From NCBI RefSeq assembly GCF_001194135.2, contig NC_068985.1:15629782-15671537 (forward strand): DNA of 41,756 nucleotides, in the 5' to 3' direction. A program made the position numbers and the translations under genes. Origin of the DNA: Octopus bimaculoides. Taxonomy: Eukaryota. Below, piece after piece: positions 22,355 to 33,869 of this stretch (its first letter is position 1; each line of letters starts with the position of its first letter). The notes beneath the pieces are model-generated. The model saw nothing but the letters and a program-made list of their open reading frames with translations. It was not told the origin of the DNA and ran no database searches.

Positions 22355-22568
22355 GTTTCAACTTCTGGAACAAGGCCAGTAATATAAGGCGGGGTGGGGG
22401 CAAGTCGATTATATCGACCCCCTGTACTCGACTAGTACTTATTTTTTCGACCCCTGAAATAATGAAAATCAAAGTAGATCTCTGCGACATTTGAACTCAG
22501 AACATAAAGAAGAAATGCCGCTAAACATTTTGTCCAGCGTGCTAACGATTCTTCCTGCTCGTTGCCTT
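22355..22568 (-). mobile_element. SINE family A, inverted relative to 22036-22250
   Basis: caaggcc..gcaagtcgattatatcgacc..catttgaactcagaac..gtgctaacgattc. Confidence 0.8.
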
Positions 22569-22850
22569 TGTTTACAGTATAACGGAAGCAAGTTTATAAA
22601 TAAGATTTTATCCGGTCGCTCGCTCTGCTAAAACTGCAGGCATATTTTTTTTACTCACACCTGATCGTCTTAAAAATAGAACACATTGAAAATCAAGAAA
22701 CCAAAACTAAACCATATAATCACAGTTGGAAAGTCTTTAATCGCAGGCCAGCTGACCTGGGCTCCAACAAGAACTAAAGCAACATTATTAACAGTATATG
22801 AATCCTCGATGTTTCAGAAGGAAGCTTTACACTTTTGTTAGTCTTCAATT

Positions 22851-23280
22851 ATATTCTTTCCTACTCTAGGCACAAGGCCCGAACTTTTTAGGGAGGGGTC
22901 CAGACGATTAGATCGACCCCAGTACGCAACTGCTACTTAATTTATCGACCCCGAAAGGATGAAAGGCAAAGTCGACCTCGATGAAATTTGAACTCAGAGC
23001 ATAAAGAGAGACGAAATACTGCTAAGCATTTCACCCGGCGTGCTAACGTTTCTTATTTCTTTACTGCCCACAAGGGGCTAAACATAGAGGGGACAAACAA
23101 GGACAGACAAAGAGATTAAGTCGATTACATCGACCCCAGTGTGCAACTGGTCCTTAATTTATCGACCCCGAAAGGCTGAAAGGCAAAGTCGACCTCGGCG
23201 GAATTTGAACTCAGAACTCAGACCAAATACTGCTAAGCATTTCGCCCGGCGTGCTAACGTTTCTGCCAGCTCGCTGCCTT
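22851..23280 (-). mobile_element. Composite SINE: full A2 unit (23280-23053) fused to a head-truncated A unit (23052-22851)
   Basis: Minus-strand junction ...gggcagtaaagaaataa|gaaacgttagcacgccggg. Confidence 0.85.
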
Positions 23281-23322
23281 TGTCNNNNNNNNNNNNNNNN
23301 NNNNNNNNNNNNNNNNNNNNNN

Positions 23323-23604
23323 AAAGAGAGACGAAATACTGCTAAGCATTTCACCCGGCGTGCTAACGTTTCTTATTTCTTTACTGCCCACAAGGGGCTA
23401 AACATAGAGGGGACAAACAAGGACAGACAAAGAGATTAAGTCGATTACATCGACCCCAGTGTGCAACTGGTCCTTAATTTATCGACCCCGAAAGGCTGAA
23501 AGGCAAAGTCGACCTCGGCGGAATTTGAACTCAGAACTCAGACCAAATACTGCTAAGCATTTCGCCCGGCGTGCTAACGTTTCTGCCAGCTCGCTGCCTT
23601 TGTC
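23323..23604 (-). repeat. 282-bp copy of 23003-23284 across an N gap (probable assembly overlap)
   Basis: Sequence on both sides of the gap at 23285-23322 reads identically by eye. Confidence 0.8.
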
Positions 23605-24189
23605 TTCAATTATATTGCCGTCGTCGTTATAGCTTAACTCTCAGTCAACAGAAGTTAAGGATTGAGAAGATATGTTATCAAAAGCATTCCATCTGTGACC
23701 ATTTTATCTTTTTATATATCAGAAGTCACATCGTCCAATGAGTCATTCTCTACTGAAGACGTCAAGGTGTGATCCGGGTAGATTTGGTTGCTATTTCTAG
23801 CAACTCGAATGATCGAGTAGAAGCTCGTTGCAATAACGTTTCCATTTTCAATATAAGATCATTAAAATATTTTTTTTCCTGTTTGAATTCTGATTTTCTT
23901 ATTGGTTTCCTTAGAGCCCCACGACTTCGACACTATTTATTCCCACCAGATCAATTTTCAAAACATAAAGTACTCATATAGTAGAATAATAAAGAGAAAT
24001 GTTTCGATGAGACGTTCATTGCTTCTCCATGGATGTAAGTAGCATAAAAGAAATAATCTTAACTGGAAATGGAAACCTCTTCGCAGCAAAGCCAACAGAA
24101 AACCCCTACGTTGCCTATTAAAAATCGCAGTTATATTTCTTCCTCTAGTCAAACCCTATTGTCTTAAGTACAAAAAATAAATAATAAAT

Positions 24190-24423
24190 GCGCCCTTTTA
24201 AGGCCTAGCCCGGTTACCCAGTTTCAGTTTCGTATGTGTTCTCCAGCTGGACAGGACGCCAGTCCATCGCAGCGTTACTCATTTTTTCTAGCTGAGTAGA
24301 CTGGAGCAACGTGAAATGAAGTGTTTTGCTCAAGAACACAACGCGTCGCCCGGTCCAGGAATCGAAACCACAATCTTACGATCATGATGCTGACACCCTA
24401 ACCACTAAGCCGCGCGCCTCCAC
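24190..24423 (-). mobile_element. tRNA-derived SINE, family D
   Basis: Reverse complement of the 15574 family: ggacgccagtcc..agctgagtagactggagcaac..ttgctcaagaacacaacgc..ggaatcgaaacc..ctaaccactaagcc. Confidence 0.8.
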
Positions 24424-25920
24424 TAAGTATAAAAAGGATGTATATAATTATATAATTCTACATAACTTTAAAAGAACAGGATAGTCAAGGCTGGAATGCT
24501 TTTGATCAAAGGCCCGATGTTTGCTGTCTCTTTAATGGACTCTTTTTCACAAAAATTATTTTATGGAGGGAAGCGCTCCAGTGATGGAGATGACAGTGCT
24601 TGGGCCTTTCTCACATATGTGTTCTGTGCATTTCATAAAATTCGAATAATGTAGTTTTGAACCACAGTAATGGAAGACTCCATAAAAAGACAACAACATT
24701 AATGTCCCCAGTGACTGCCATGGTAGGCAAAGTGTTCACAGCACCATTTGGTTTCTTTGGATACATTTAGCAAAGTTTACGCTATTACAAGAATTCGGGC
24801 CAAAGCTCTGGTGTGAGAACTCAGCATTCATAGCGGCACTGAAAATGGTCACAAACGCTGCTTTCCTTGTCTGACTCCGTAAAGAAATGATTGGTTGCTT
24901 CCACGCGCATTTAGCATAAATTTCAGAGTATTTAATGTTCTACTTATAAATAATATCAACAGCATCCACTCAAATTTTATTAGAATACATTTTATATTCA
25001 ACCGATTTGGTTTAAAGTATCATTCACTCTCAAATAACATTGTTTTCTTAATTCAGTAGCTTTTTAGCATTGATTTATGCTTCTGTTTTATTCTATGCCT
25101 GTGTTAATTTTTCATTATTAGTATAGTATTGTTTTCCTTGAAGCTCTTTACAGGTTACTGAGCATAATTTTCAAATAACAGTCGACAGCAGAGACACTTA
25201 ATTATACTTTTTTATATTTCAGTATGGGATAATACATACATACATGCATGTGTACATACATACATACGTACATACATACATACATACGTACATGCATGCA
25301 TACATACATACAGTGAATGAATATTCTCTTGAATCAAACTGCAGGATAGAGACAGACTACCCTTCAGAGTCCATTGGAACAAATAATAAAAGACTGGCTG
25401 CTGATACAAATATGTCTGGCCTTGCTTTGCTTCATGGTTCAATGAATAGCACCAGGAAAGGGTATCCAGCCTTAAAATTTCCCCTTGGCTTTATCTTGAA
25501 AACTTGGAAAATCTTTTAAAAATATGTCTGTCTTTTTTCTTCCTTTTTTTTTTTGCAAGGTTTTTTTTTTCCCCCCTTCCATTTATCTATCTTCTGGTTT
25601 CTTTTAGAAATAGGAAAATCAAATCGAAAAAAAAAAAAATGCTTATTCTTTCAATCACAGATCTGACATTTTGAAATCTTGAATTTTAATACTAATAAAG
25701 AGAGTGCTATTGTAAAATAGCTGAAATTATAAATTGTTTAGGATGTAGCGAAGTGAGGGATAACTTGCTGAATGTAATTTGCTGAAGAAAAGTGTTCGTA
25801 ATAATTGAAGAAATCCTTTGTTTTGGTGATTAATTNNNNNNNNNNNNNNNNNNNNNNNNNNNNNNNNNNNNNNNNNNNNAGCCCTTGTTTCAAATATTTT
25901 GAGTAATATAAAGCTTTCCT

Positions 25921-26315
25921 AAGGCGGCGAGCTGGCAGAAATGTTAGCACGCCGAGCGAAATACCTAGCGGTATTTTGTCTGTCTTTTCGTCCTGAGTTC
26001 AAATTCCACCGAGGTCGACTTTGCCTTTATCCTTTCGGATACGATAAATTAAGTACCAGTTACGCACTGGGGTCGATGTAATAGACTTAATCCCTTTGTC
26101 TGTCCTTGTTTGTCCCCTCTATGTTTAGCCCCTTGTGGGCAATAAAGAAATAAGAAACGTTAGTACGCCGGGCGAAATGCTTAGCGGTATTTCGTCAGTC
26201 TTTACATTCTGAGTTCAAATTCCGCTGAGATCGACTTTGCCTTCCAGTTGCGTACTGGGGTCGATCTAATCGATTGACCTCCTTCCCAAAAAATTCGGGC
26301 CTTGTGCTTAGAATA
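25921..26315 (+). mobile_element. Composite SINE: full A2 unit (25921-26153) fused to a head-truncated A unit (26154-26315)
   Basis: Junction gggcaataaagaaataa|gaaacgttagtacgccggg, the same as in the 22851-23280 composite. Confidence 0.85.
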
Positions 26316-27373
26316 CTCTGGTGGTTGAGAAAGATGGGAACGTGTATCACATGTGATGCTTAGACACCAGGAAAATATATCCTGTGTATCACATGTGATA
26401 CACAAGACAGGCAAACGGTTAATATGCTACATGTCGGGAATAATAAAAAGCTAATGAGAGGCAGATATGAGTTAAGACATATAGGTATGTTAGGGTCTGT
26501 TAGTGTTATTCGATCGATAAATAGGTATGTTAGTGTTAATGTTAACATCTTTAGTGTCGGGATCGTTAAAATATTAACTAGAAATAATAATGCAGTGAAA
26601 AGGAAAAAAAAGCAAAAATAAAAAAAATAATATAAATAATAACTAACATTATTTTAATTATTCCAGCAAGTACGGGACACACCTCTAGGCATGTCATATC
26701 GAGGAGGTATCGGTGAAATATAAACTTTGCTGTATTTGTTAAAGTAGTAATGAAACAATTTCTAAATAAATATACAATTATGTACATTGTTTAGCGTTGG
26801 AAAAATTGTTTAGATACCCCAGGGTTGTCATCTGCATGCACAGATCAGTTAAGTCAGTGTCAAACATATTTAACGTAGGCGTCATAAAAATGGCTACAAA
26901 TAATTATACGATGAAACTGAACAAAAAATTGTAGCATCTTGGTAGGGTCACCTTCCAGTGGTAATAAACACACGCACTGGTTTTAAGTGAAAGAGTATCA
27001 GTGTGTGCGTTTATTATTGACATGATGACCCTCCCAAGATACAAAATCTGATTCAACTCGCGATTTCACATCGAAAAGTTTCGAAACCAAAATATAAAGA
27101 AGAACCAGCATTTGATGGCATAAATGTATTATGATGTATCATTGTCTATAATTGAGAGTAAGTGGTGCAACAGCGCTGTAGAATTGGCGAGTGTTTCGTT
27201 AGCATGAAAAACTGGTTGCAAATCTTTAAACGAAGTCTGTGGGTATGGCTAAAAAGTATGAAGACAGTGTCTATAGAGGTACTTCATCCAATCCTTGGAT
27301 TACAGGACTCACCCTTAACCAACAGGAAAAAGAAAAATCCAATATACCCTTTATGAAATCGAAGTCAACTTAC

Positions 27374-27615
27374 CGTCATCGTTTATAATGGTGACCATAT
27401 TGATGGCGATTTTGCCTAAAACTACTCGGTCATTTTCAGCCGATTCCGAATCCAAATAAAGCTTAATGTAGAAAAACTCATCTGGTTCCCAAACGTCATC
27501 ATCAATGATCTCCACCTGAATCTCTTTCGAAGTCTCGTTTGGTTCAAAAACCACAGTCTCTTTGATTGGTCTGTAGTCGCTTTCGGATTCTGCCGTTCCA
27601 TCACAAGTTTCCACT
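27374..27615 (-). CDS. NCX: Na+/Ca2+ exchanger (SLC8/NCX family) internal exon: remainder of Calx-beta domain 1
   Basis: Acceptor ttcattgcag|A at 27616/27615 completes the Arg codon CG|A from the upstream exon; donor GAC G|gtaagt at 27374/27373. 242 nt encoding VETCDGTAESESDYRPIKETVVFEPNETSKEIQVEIIDDDVWEPDEFFYIKLYLDSESAENDRVVLGKIAINMVTIINDD, with canonical DGTA, DY, IIDDDxxExDE and TIxxDD Calx-beta motifs. Confidence 0.95.
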
Positions 27616-28899
27616 CTGCAATGAAATTAAGAATTCAATGTCAAAACAATGATTAAGAAAAAAAAAAAAAAAANNNNNNNNNNAAAAAAAAAAAAAAAAA
27701 AAACTATCAAGAACATTCCCAAGTCCTTATTTACATTTCAGTCGTTACTATATCTGTTATTGATGTTGTTGTTGTTAGAGTTGCTTAGTCCCAGGTCAAC
27801 TCTAACCGAGCGAACAGACCTATAACCAAAAGTATTCGAGCTGTGCTCTTCATGGCATTTTCCCGGGCATTACATATCTAAGGTTACATTATCCATCATT
27901 ATATATTTCTAAGAGTTCGAGCAGGCTCCCTCATTGCATCATTTCTTTTTGATGTTAATGATAATGACAGTAGTGGTGGTAGTGGTGATAGTGATGGTGG
28001 TGTTGGTGTTGATACTGATGTAAATGTTGTGGTGAGTCTCCCCCCCCCCCCCCCCNNNNNNNNNNCCCCCCCCCGCCAGCAAAGCAGTTAACAACAGCTA
28101 AGTAGATTCTACTCCAGAGAAAATTACTAATTCATGAACTACGTTCAAAGTAAAGCTTGAACAATAGGACTCACACCATTATAGGGACAGTGATAGGCGT
28201 TTATAAACATACAGAAATGAGTAGAAGATACAAAAAGGTTAAAACACAGTTCACAGAAGATTTAAAGAGGACGCTACTCAACAAGCTATTTAGAGAAAGG
28301 ACAATTATGACTCGAATCAAGAGAAAATCTACTGAAGTGATGTTATTTGATCAATCAACTTACTAAAGAACACTTAACATGAAATGAGGTTTCTGTACTG
28401 TGTTGCAATTACTATTCACGGAAAAGTAGGGATAACAGAAATCGAATGATAGCAAACAAGCAAAACGGATTAGTACTCGCCAAAAGATTATCGGTAGGCT
28501 ATGACAAAAAAAAAAAACAAAAAAAAAACATCATACTGTTATCAGATTACAAAGAGAATAGTTAATACGTAAACTATTAACTGTAACCCTGTGACAGACT
28601 ACTCGAAACCAACAGGAAATGCCTATATGAAAACTCACAGATATACAAATTATCTTTATACATGAACTACGAACTGTAAATCAAAAGTATAATTATTGTA
28701 AGAAATGGTAAGAATATCAATTGTAAGTCTGAATTAAACCTGCTCCTCTCTTGGATGATCTGGATTTATTCTGGAAGGGTTCTGGAACGCAGACAAGCTG
28801 TACAACAGCGTGTGCTAAATAAGCTATGAAGGGAACTGCAATCGTCTTCAGTAAGCATATGGCATTAGCAGTGTAATTCTTCTGAAAGGGTTTCTAAAA

Positions 28900-29270
28900 A
28901 TATCGAATAGAAAATCATACAGGAGAGACTTGATCTTCGGTTATTGGTAAAGGAAGCTCCGTTTCTACAGGGAAGCTCTCACCAACCCGCTGTAAAAAGA
29001 AAATGGATACTAATCTCGATGTAGTAGACTGACTGACAGTTGCACGGACAACACTCGTCGAAAAATTAACAATTGTAGCCGACAAAGTACAGGTCCTTAA
29101 ATTATTTAAATAATGTGTATAAACCGCTCGCATGTGACTTGAAAGCATTTCTTCAAAATCAATGCCAAACAAACGGTATGGTAACTGATAAGTAGCTGGG
29201 AGGAAAGATAGGTATCTGATGGTGTCCCCATGAAGAAAACTGTTCTTAAGGCTGAGAAGTAGCATCGTTG
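28900..29270 (-). mobile_element. Highly decayed LINE RT remnant
   Basis: LFGIDFEEML resembles the RT motif FIDFEKAFD; otherwise heavily degraded. Confidence 0.3.
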
Positions 29271-30040
29271 ATGTCGATTGACAATATGGTTAGTCTATAA
29301 GAAAGTGTTTAACTCACTACGTCGCTCACTTATTGGTACACGAGTCACTACGCGTAGCTAAGTTTCCATCTGCTCGAGTTGATGCTCTCAAAAGATTGAA
29401 TACAATATGGGCTACACAGCTATCACAGGGAGTTATACTAGTCCGAAACAGAATTAGATTATCGAAGGCTGTATTTCAGTGTGATAACTTGTTTGTACCA
29501 CTGTTCGTCCTGGCAGAGAACCCTTTGTCGCCATTGATGAGAAAATGCCAAGACTAAATTTTAGGATCTACAGAGGAGAATCTGGATGTCATTCAGAACA
29601 TTTTATCGCTGACCTGAAACTGCATTCAGGTAATGTTAACGACACTCACTGTACTCAGGAATGGATTCTTGTCGCGATAAATGTCCATATTTGGGAGTTA
29701 ATCGAAAGATAGTTGACTATATGAGGAATATGGACATAGAGGGCTGGTCAAATAACGAGTATTTCAAATTGATGACAATGTGCTTTACGTCAGTATTGTG
29801 AGTTATAAAGGAATACTTTAAAAGAGCTTTGAAAGATATGGAAATTAGGACAGTCCAGGTTTACACAAGATACATGAAGAGATTAGCGATTTGACTAATC
29901 AAGGATAGGAAGATGCTAGCCATCAAAAGTAACTTCTAAATCAGCAATGGCATCTGCTAGACAGAGGGATAAGACCAAAACCGGATAGATGGATTACGAG
30001 CGCAGCCTGGTATCACTCAAACAACGCTTAACCTAAGAAA

Positions 30041-30248
30041 TATTCTTTTCTATTCTAGGCGCAAGGCCCAAAATTTTTAGGGCAGCTGCCAGTCGATTAG
30101 ATCGACCCCAATACGCAACTGGTACTTAATTTATCGATCCTGAAAGGATGAAAGGGATAGTTGACATCGGTAGAATTTGAACTCAGAATGTAAAGACAGA
30201 CGAAATACCGCTAAGCATTTCGTCCGGCGTGCTAACGTTTCTGCCAGT
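30041..30248 (-). mobile_element. SINE family A inside the NCX intron
   Basis: tattcttttctattctaggcgcaaggccc..gaatttgaactcagaa..gtgctaacgtttctgccag. Confidence 0.85.
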
Positions 30249-31002
30249 TGGAAGAATAACTTCTCCTGATCATCAGACAAGGTAAGTATGCCTCCTAACT
30301 TTGTTGTGATAGAAAATATTGATTGTGCCAATCAATACGGAAGTTACCTCCTACATTATCAACAGCTGTTCGAGCATATATGTATGATACTGCCTTCCCA
30401 TGATAGGACATCATGGCAAAAACTACATTTCAATGTTATCTATGGGAAGGATTATCTCAAACATGAAGATCATGTCAACGATATAACAGAATCAGAATGT
30501 ATCTGTACATTTAAAAAGAAAGAAAACTGGCGGAGCATTTAAAAAAAAAAAAGCTGTCCAGTTCAAACACAACAGACCTGTCATTGTTCTATGGGAAAGA
30601 GAACAAAAGTCATGCAATGTTGTAAAGGTCAGCTGTCTCAATAGATGTGAATGTCCCCTAAAAAGTTGCGCAACTTAAAGAGAACGGAACTTACCGTTCT
30701 GTATTCTCGCTATAGATTCTCATTAGCACCTATTATCACATGTATACTTGTCTGTGTAAATAAAAAGACTCACATAAAACTTTGAAATGGTAGCATTTTC
30801 CAAAATTGAACAAATGGAATCGATTCGTAACGTCTAAAATGAATCGATTAGTGTGGCAATGAAGATTTCTAAAATATTTAAAGAGATTCTCCGTTTGGAA
30901 TTCTAAGAATGAGCATGCGCAGACAGTTACAAATATGCATAAACTATAATTCTACCCTAAAAAACTGCAGTTATATGTGATGCATACATAACTACATTTA
31001 AC

Positions 31003-31271
31003 ATACATACATACATACATACATACATACATACATACATACATACATACATACATACATACATAGGAGAAAGCTAATTCGAAGACTACAGATCAAATCT
31101 TTCATTAGAACTGTAAAAATCTGTAAAACTTTTCAGAAGTTTATCATTTGAATATATATGAGCAATATTTAGAAATGCAACTATATGCACGAGAATACAC
31201 ACATAAAACAAAACGCACAAAACTGCATACATACATACATACATACATACATACATACATACACACACACA

Positions 31272-31305
<34 letters not shown>

Positions 31306-31450
31306 CAGACATACATAATAATAATAATACCATGTTGTTGATGTTGAAATTCCAATGAAGGAGCCTTGGATCTAGGTTAGAAACCGGCTCCTTCTCTATT
31401 GGCGAGAAATTTTGAATTAAAACTGAACAATGACATACATACATATATAC

Positions 31451-31481
<31 letters not shown>

Positions 31482-31750
31482 CATACATACATACAATATA
31501 TATACGCGCATGTATGTGTATGCGTATATATGTACATGTGTCAGTGCGTATGTGTATGTGTGTATGTATGTATATACATGTCTACAAATATACATGTATA
31601 TATATGTATACATAACATATACATACATACATACTTGTATGTGTGCATATGCACGCGTGCTCACACAGACACAGACACAGACACACACACACACACGCAC
31701 ACACACACACACACATACGCATATTAACATGCGCACAGACATACGCATAT
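31003..31750. repeat. Cluster of (ACAT)n, (CA)n and (TA)n tracts
   Basis: Direct reading: blocks at about 31003-31065, 31227-31310 and 31430-31750. Confidence 0.85.
31330..31445 (+). mobile_element. Retroposon 3' end with (ACAT)n tail
   Basis: Homologous to 1521-1625; the tail runs into a ~300-bp AT/CA simple-repeat field. Confidence 0.6.
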
Positions 31751-32175
31751 ATTCACGCAGACAAATACATTGAATTTGATTTAATGTTTATTAAATAAAG
31801 TGTCATTATATTGAATTTTAATTCGAAGTTTTGTAGCTCCAACGTTGAATAGTTTCAATAATTAACTTCAGTCTCTTCCATTTAATGGAGTGTCACAAAA
31901 AACGAAAAATAAAACCAGAAAAAAAATTATTATTGATACAAAATTGACTATCAAATATATAAATCCGCTATAAACAATTAGGTTACTGCAAAGGTAAACA
32001 AAAGCGCCAATTGACAGCGGCTGTGGTTGCTTAGTAACCAGCATGTTCGGCGTCTGTTTGATTTCGTAAGAGTTGACATTAAAAAGATGCGAAGCGAGAG
32101 AATATTTGAGTGAACCACACGAAATCAATGCAATGCTTGTGATGTGCGTTTAAGACGACGACGGTGAATTTAAGG

Positions 32176-32258
<83 letters not shown>

Positions 32259-32543
32259 GCGATGGTGGTGATGGTGGTGGTGTTGTTGCTAACGATGAGG
32301 ATAATGATGACGTTATTGGTGATGATGACGTTATTGGTGATGATGACGACGGGAATTTTGTTGATAAGGATGGTGACGATGATGATGGTGAAGATGAAGA
32401 TGATGGTGGTGGTGGTCGTGGTGATTGATAATCATACCGAAGTTACTGACCACGAAGGCGATAGTGTTGATAAATGATCTTGATGACGACTATGATGGTA
32501 GCGGTAATGCTGCTGCTTTGTTGCTGATAATATTGACATGCCC

Positions 32544-32574
<31 letters not shown>

Positions 32575-32578
32575 CATA

Positions 32579-32633
<55 letters not shown>

Positions 32634-32640
32634 CATACAC
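32176..32640. repeat. (GAT)n array decaying into GAT/GGT repeats, then (AT)/(ACAT)n
   Basis: Direct reading. Confidence 0.85.
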
Positions 32641-33631
32641 GTACCTACAACACAGAGACATATCTTCACATCAAGATTGATAAATATATATCATAACACT
32701 TATATGCAAACATTTAAAAAAAAACTGTCTGGTATATATAATATTAAAATGTTAAAATGAGGAAATTGTACAATGAATTAATATAACATAATTAAATGCG
32801 TGAGTAAGCAATAAAAATAAACCTCGGCGAAACTTAAACTTGAATTTGTAAAACAGTCGAAGGCTTTCTTAAAAGAGAAGTCGAAATATGCACTACATTG
32901 TAATACAAAATAACTATAAAGTGTAAAGCCAAATTCAAATGCGACAGTCAAAATTTTCGTCATCAGGGTAGAGAAGATCTTACATTTCAATTTTTAATGC
33001 AGAGAAGTTCAAAGATGGAATGATTAAATGTGGAGAGCTAAGTGTATTATTAAGGGAAGGGGGAACTGGGGGTTATTGAGAAAGGTAATGGTAAAACGAG
33101 AAAAGATAGTTCAAGAAGAGTGAGGGGTTAATAATGAGACTAGTAAGGGAGTAGTAGTAGAAGTGGAGAGTAGGAAGATGAACAGGAGAGTGTGATAGAT
33201 AGTGTATAGATGGTAGTTTATTGCGTTGAGTTTGTTAGAGTTTAGGGATGAAAACTATAGAATTATTGGTTGAGATAGTGAGAAAACGAATGGCAACTGT
33301 TTGAGGGAAGTAAAGTGTCTAATTCAATGACAGAGGGAGATCACTAAGGTATATAGAAAGGTGTGAGAGAAGATAGAGGTCGGTAAGCTGGTGATCAAGG
33401 TAGCAGTGGTTTGTGGGTTTATCCCGTTAAGTGTTTAATATTTGTCCCTGTACTATTTTTCGATCGTCTTGATCTCTGATAATCACCAGGTATTTTATTC
33501 TTGGATGTGTACACAGTTCCGGGTACGATTCGGACTTGGGATCTTTATTTCTAAACTCAACTTACGTATCACCCTTACCAACTAGGCTGCTTGAGGCATG
33601 TGCAATTTGATATTGTTACTATTCTTTGGTA

Positions 33632-33855
33632 AAGGTGGCAAACTAGTAGAATTGCTAGCACGCTGGCAAAATGCTTAACTTCATTTCTTCAGGATTTACG
33701 TTCTATGTTCAAATGCTGACGAGGTCGATTTTGCTTTTCATCCACTTTGGGGTCAATAAAATAAAATACCTATCAAATTCTGGAGTCAATATAATCGACT
33801 TGCTCCCTCCCCTAAAGATTGCTGCTGGCCTTGCGCCAAAATTAGAAAGAGTTAC
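33632..33855 (+). mobile_element. SINE family A, antisense to NCX, abutting the exon's 5' splice site
   Basis: aggtggcaaactagtagaattgctagcacgc..gaggtcgattttgcttttcatcc..ggccttgcgccaaaattagaaag; ends about 10-15 nt from the donor at 33869. Confidence 0.8.
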
Positions 33856-33869
33856 TATTCTTTACTCAC

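Noticed and set aside
23323-23604. Apparent perfect tandem duplication of a SINE composite
   Set aside because: Identical sequence on both sides of an N gap; most likely an assembly overlap.
24550-24920. Higher-complexity block that may be a decayed DNA-transposon ORF
   Set aside because: Multiple stops in all frames and no motif I can assign confidently.
33040-33400. Purine-skewed block suggestive of a Penelope RT remnant on the minus strand
   Set aside because: Similarity too weak to call without a profile search.
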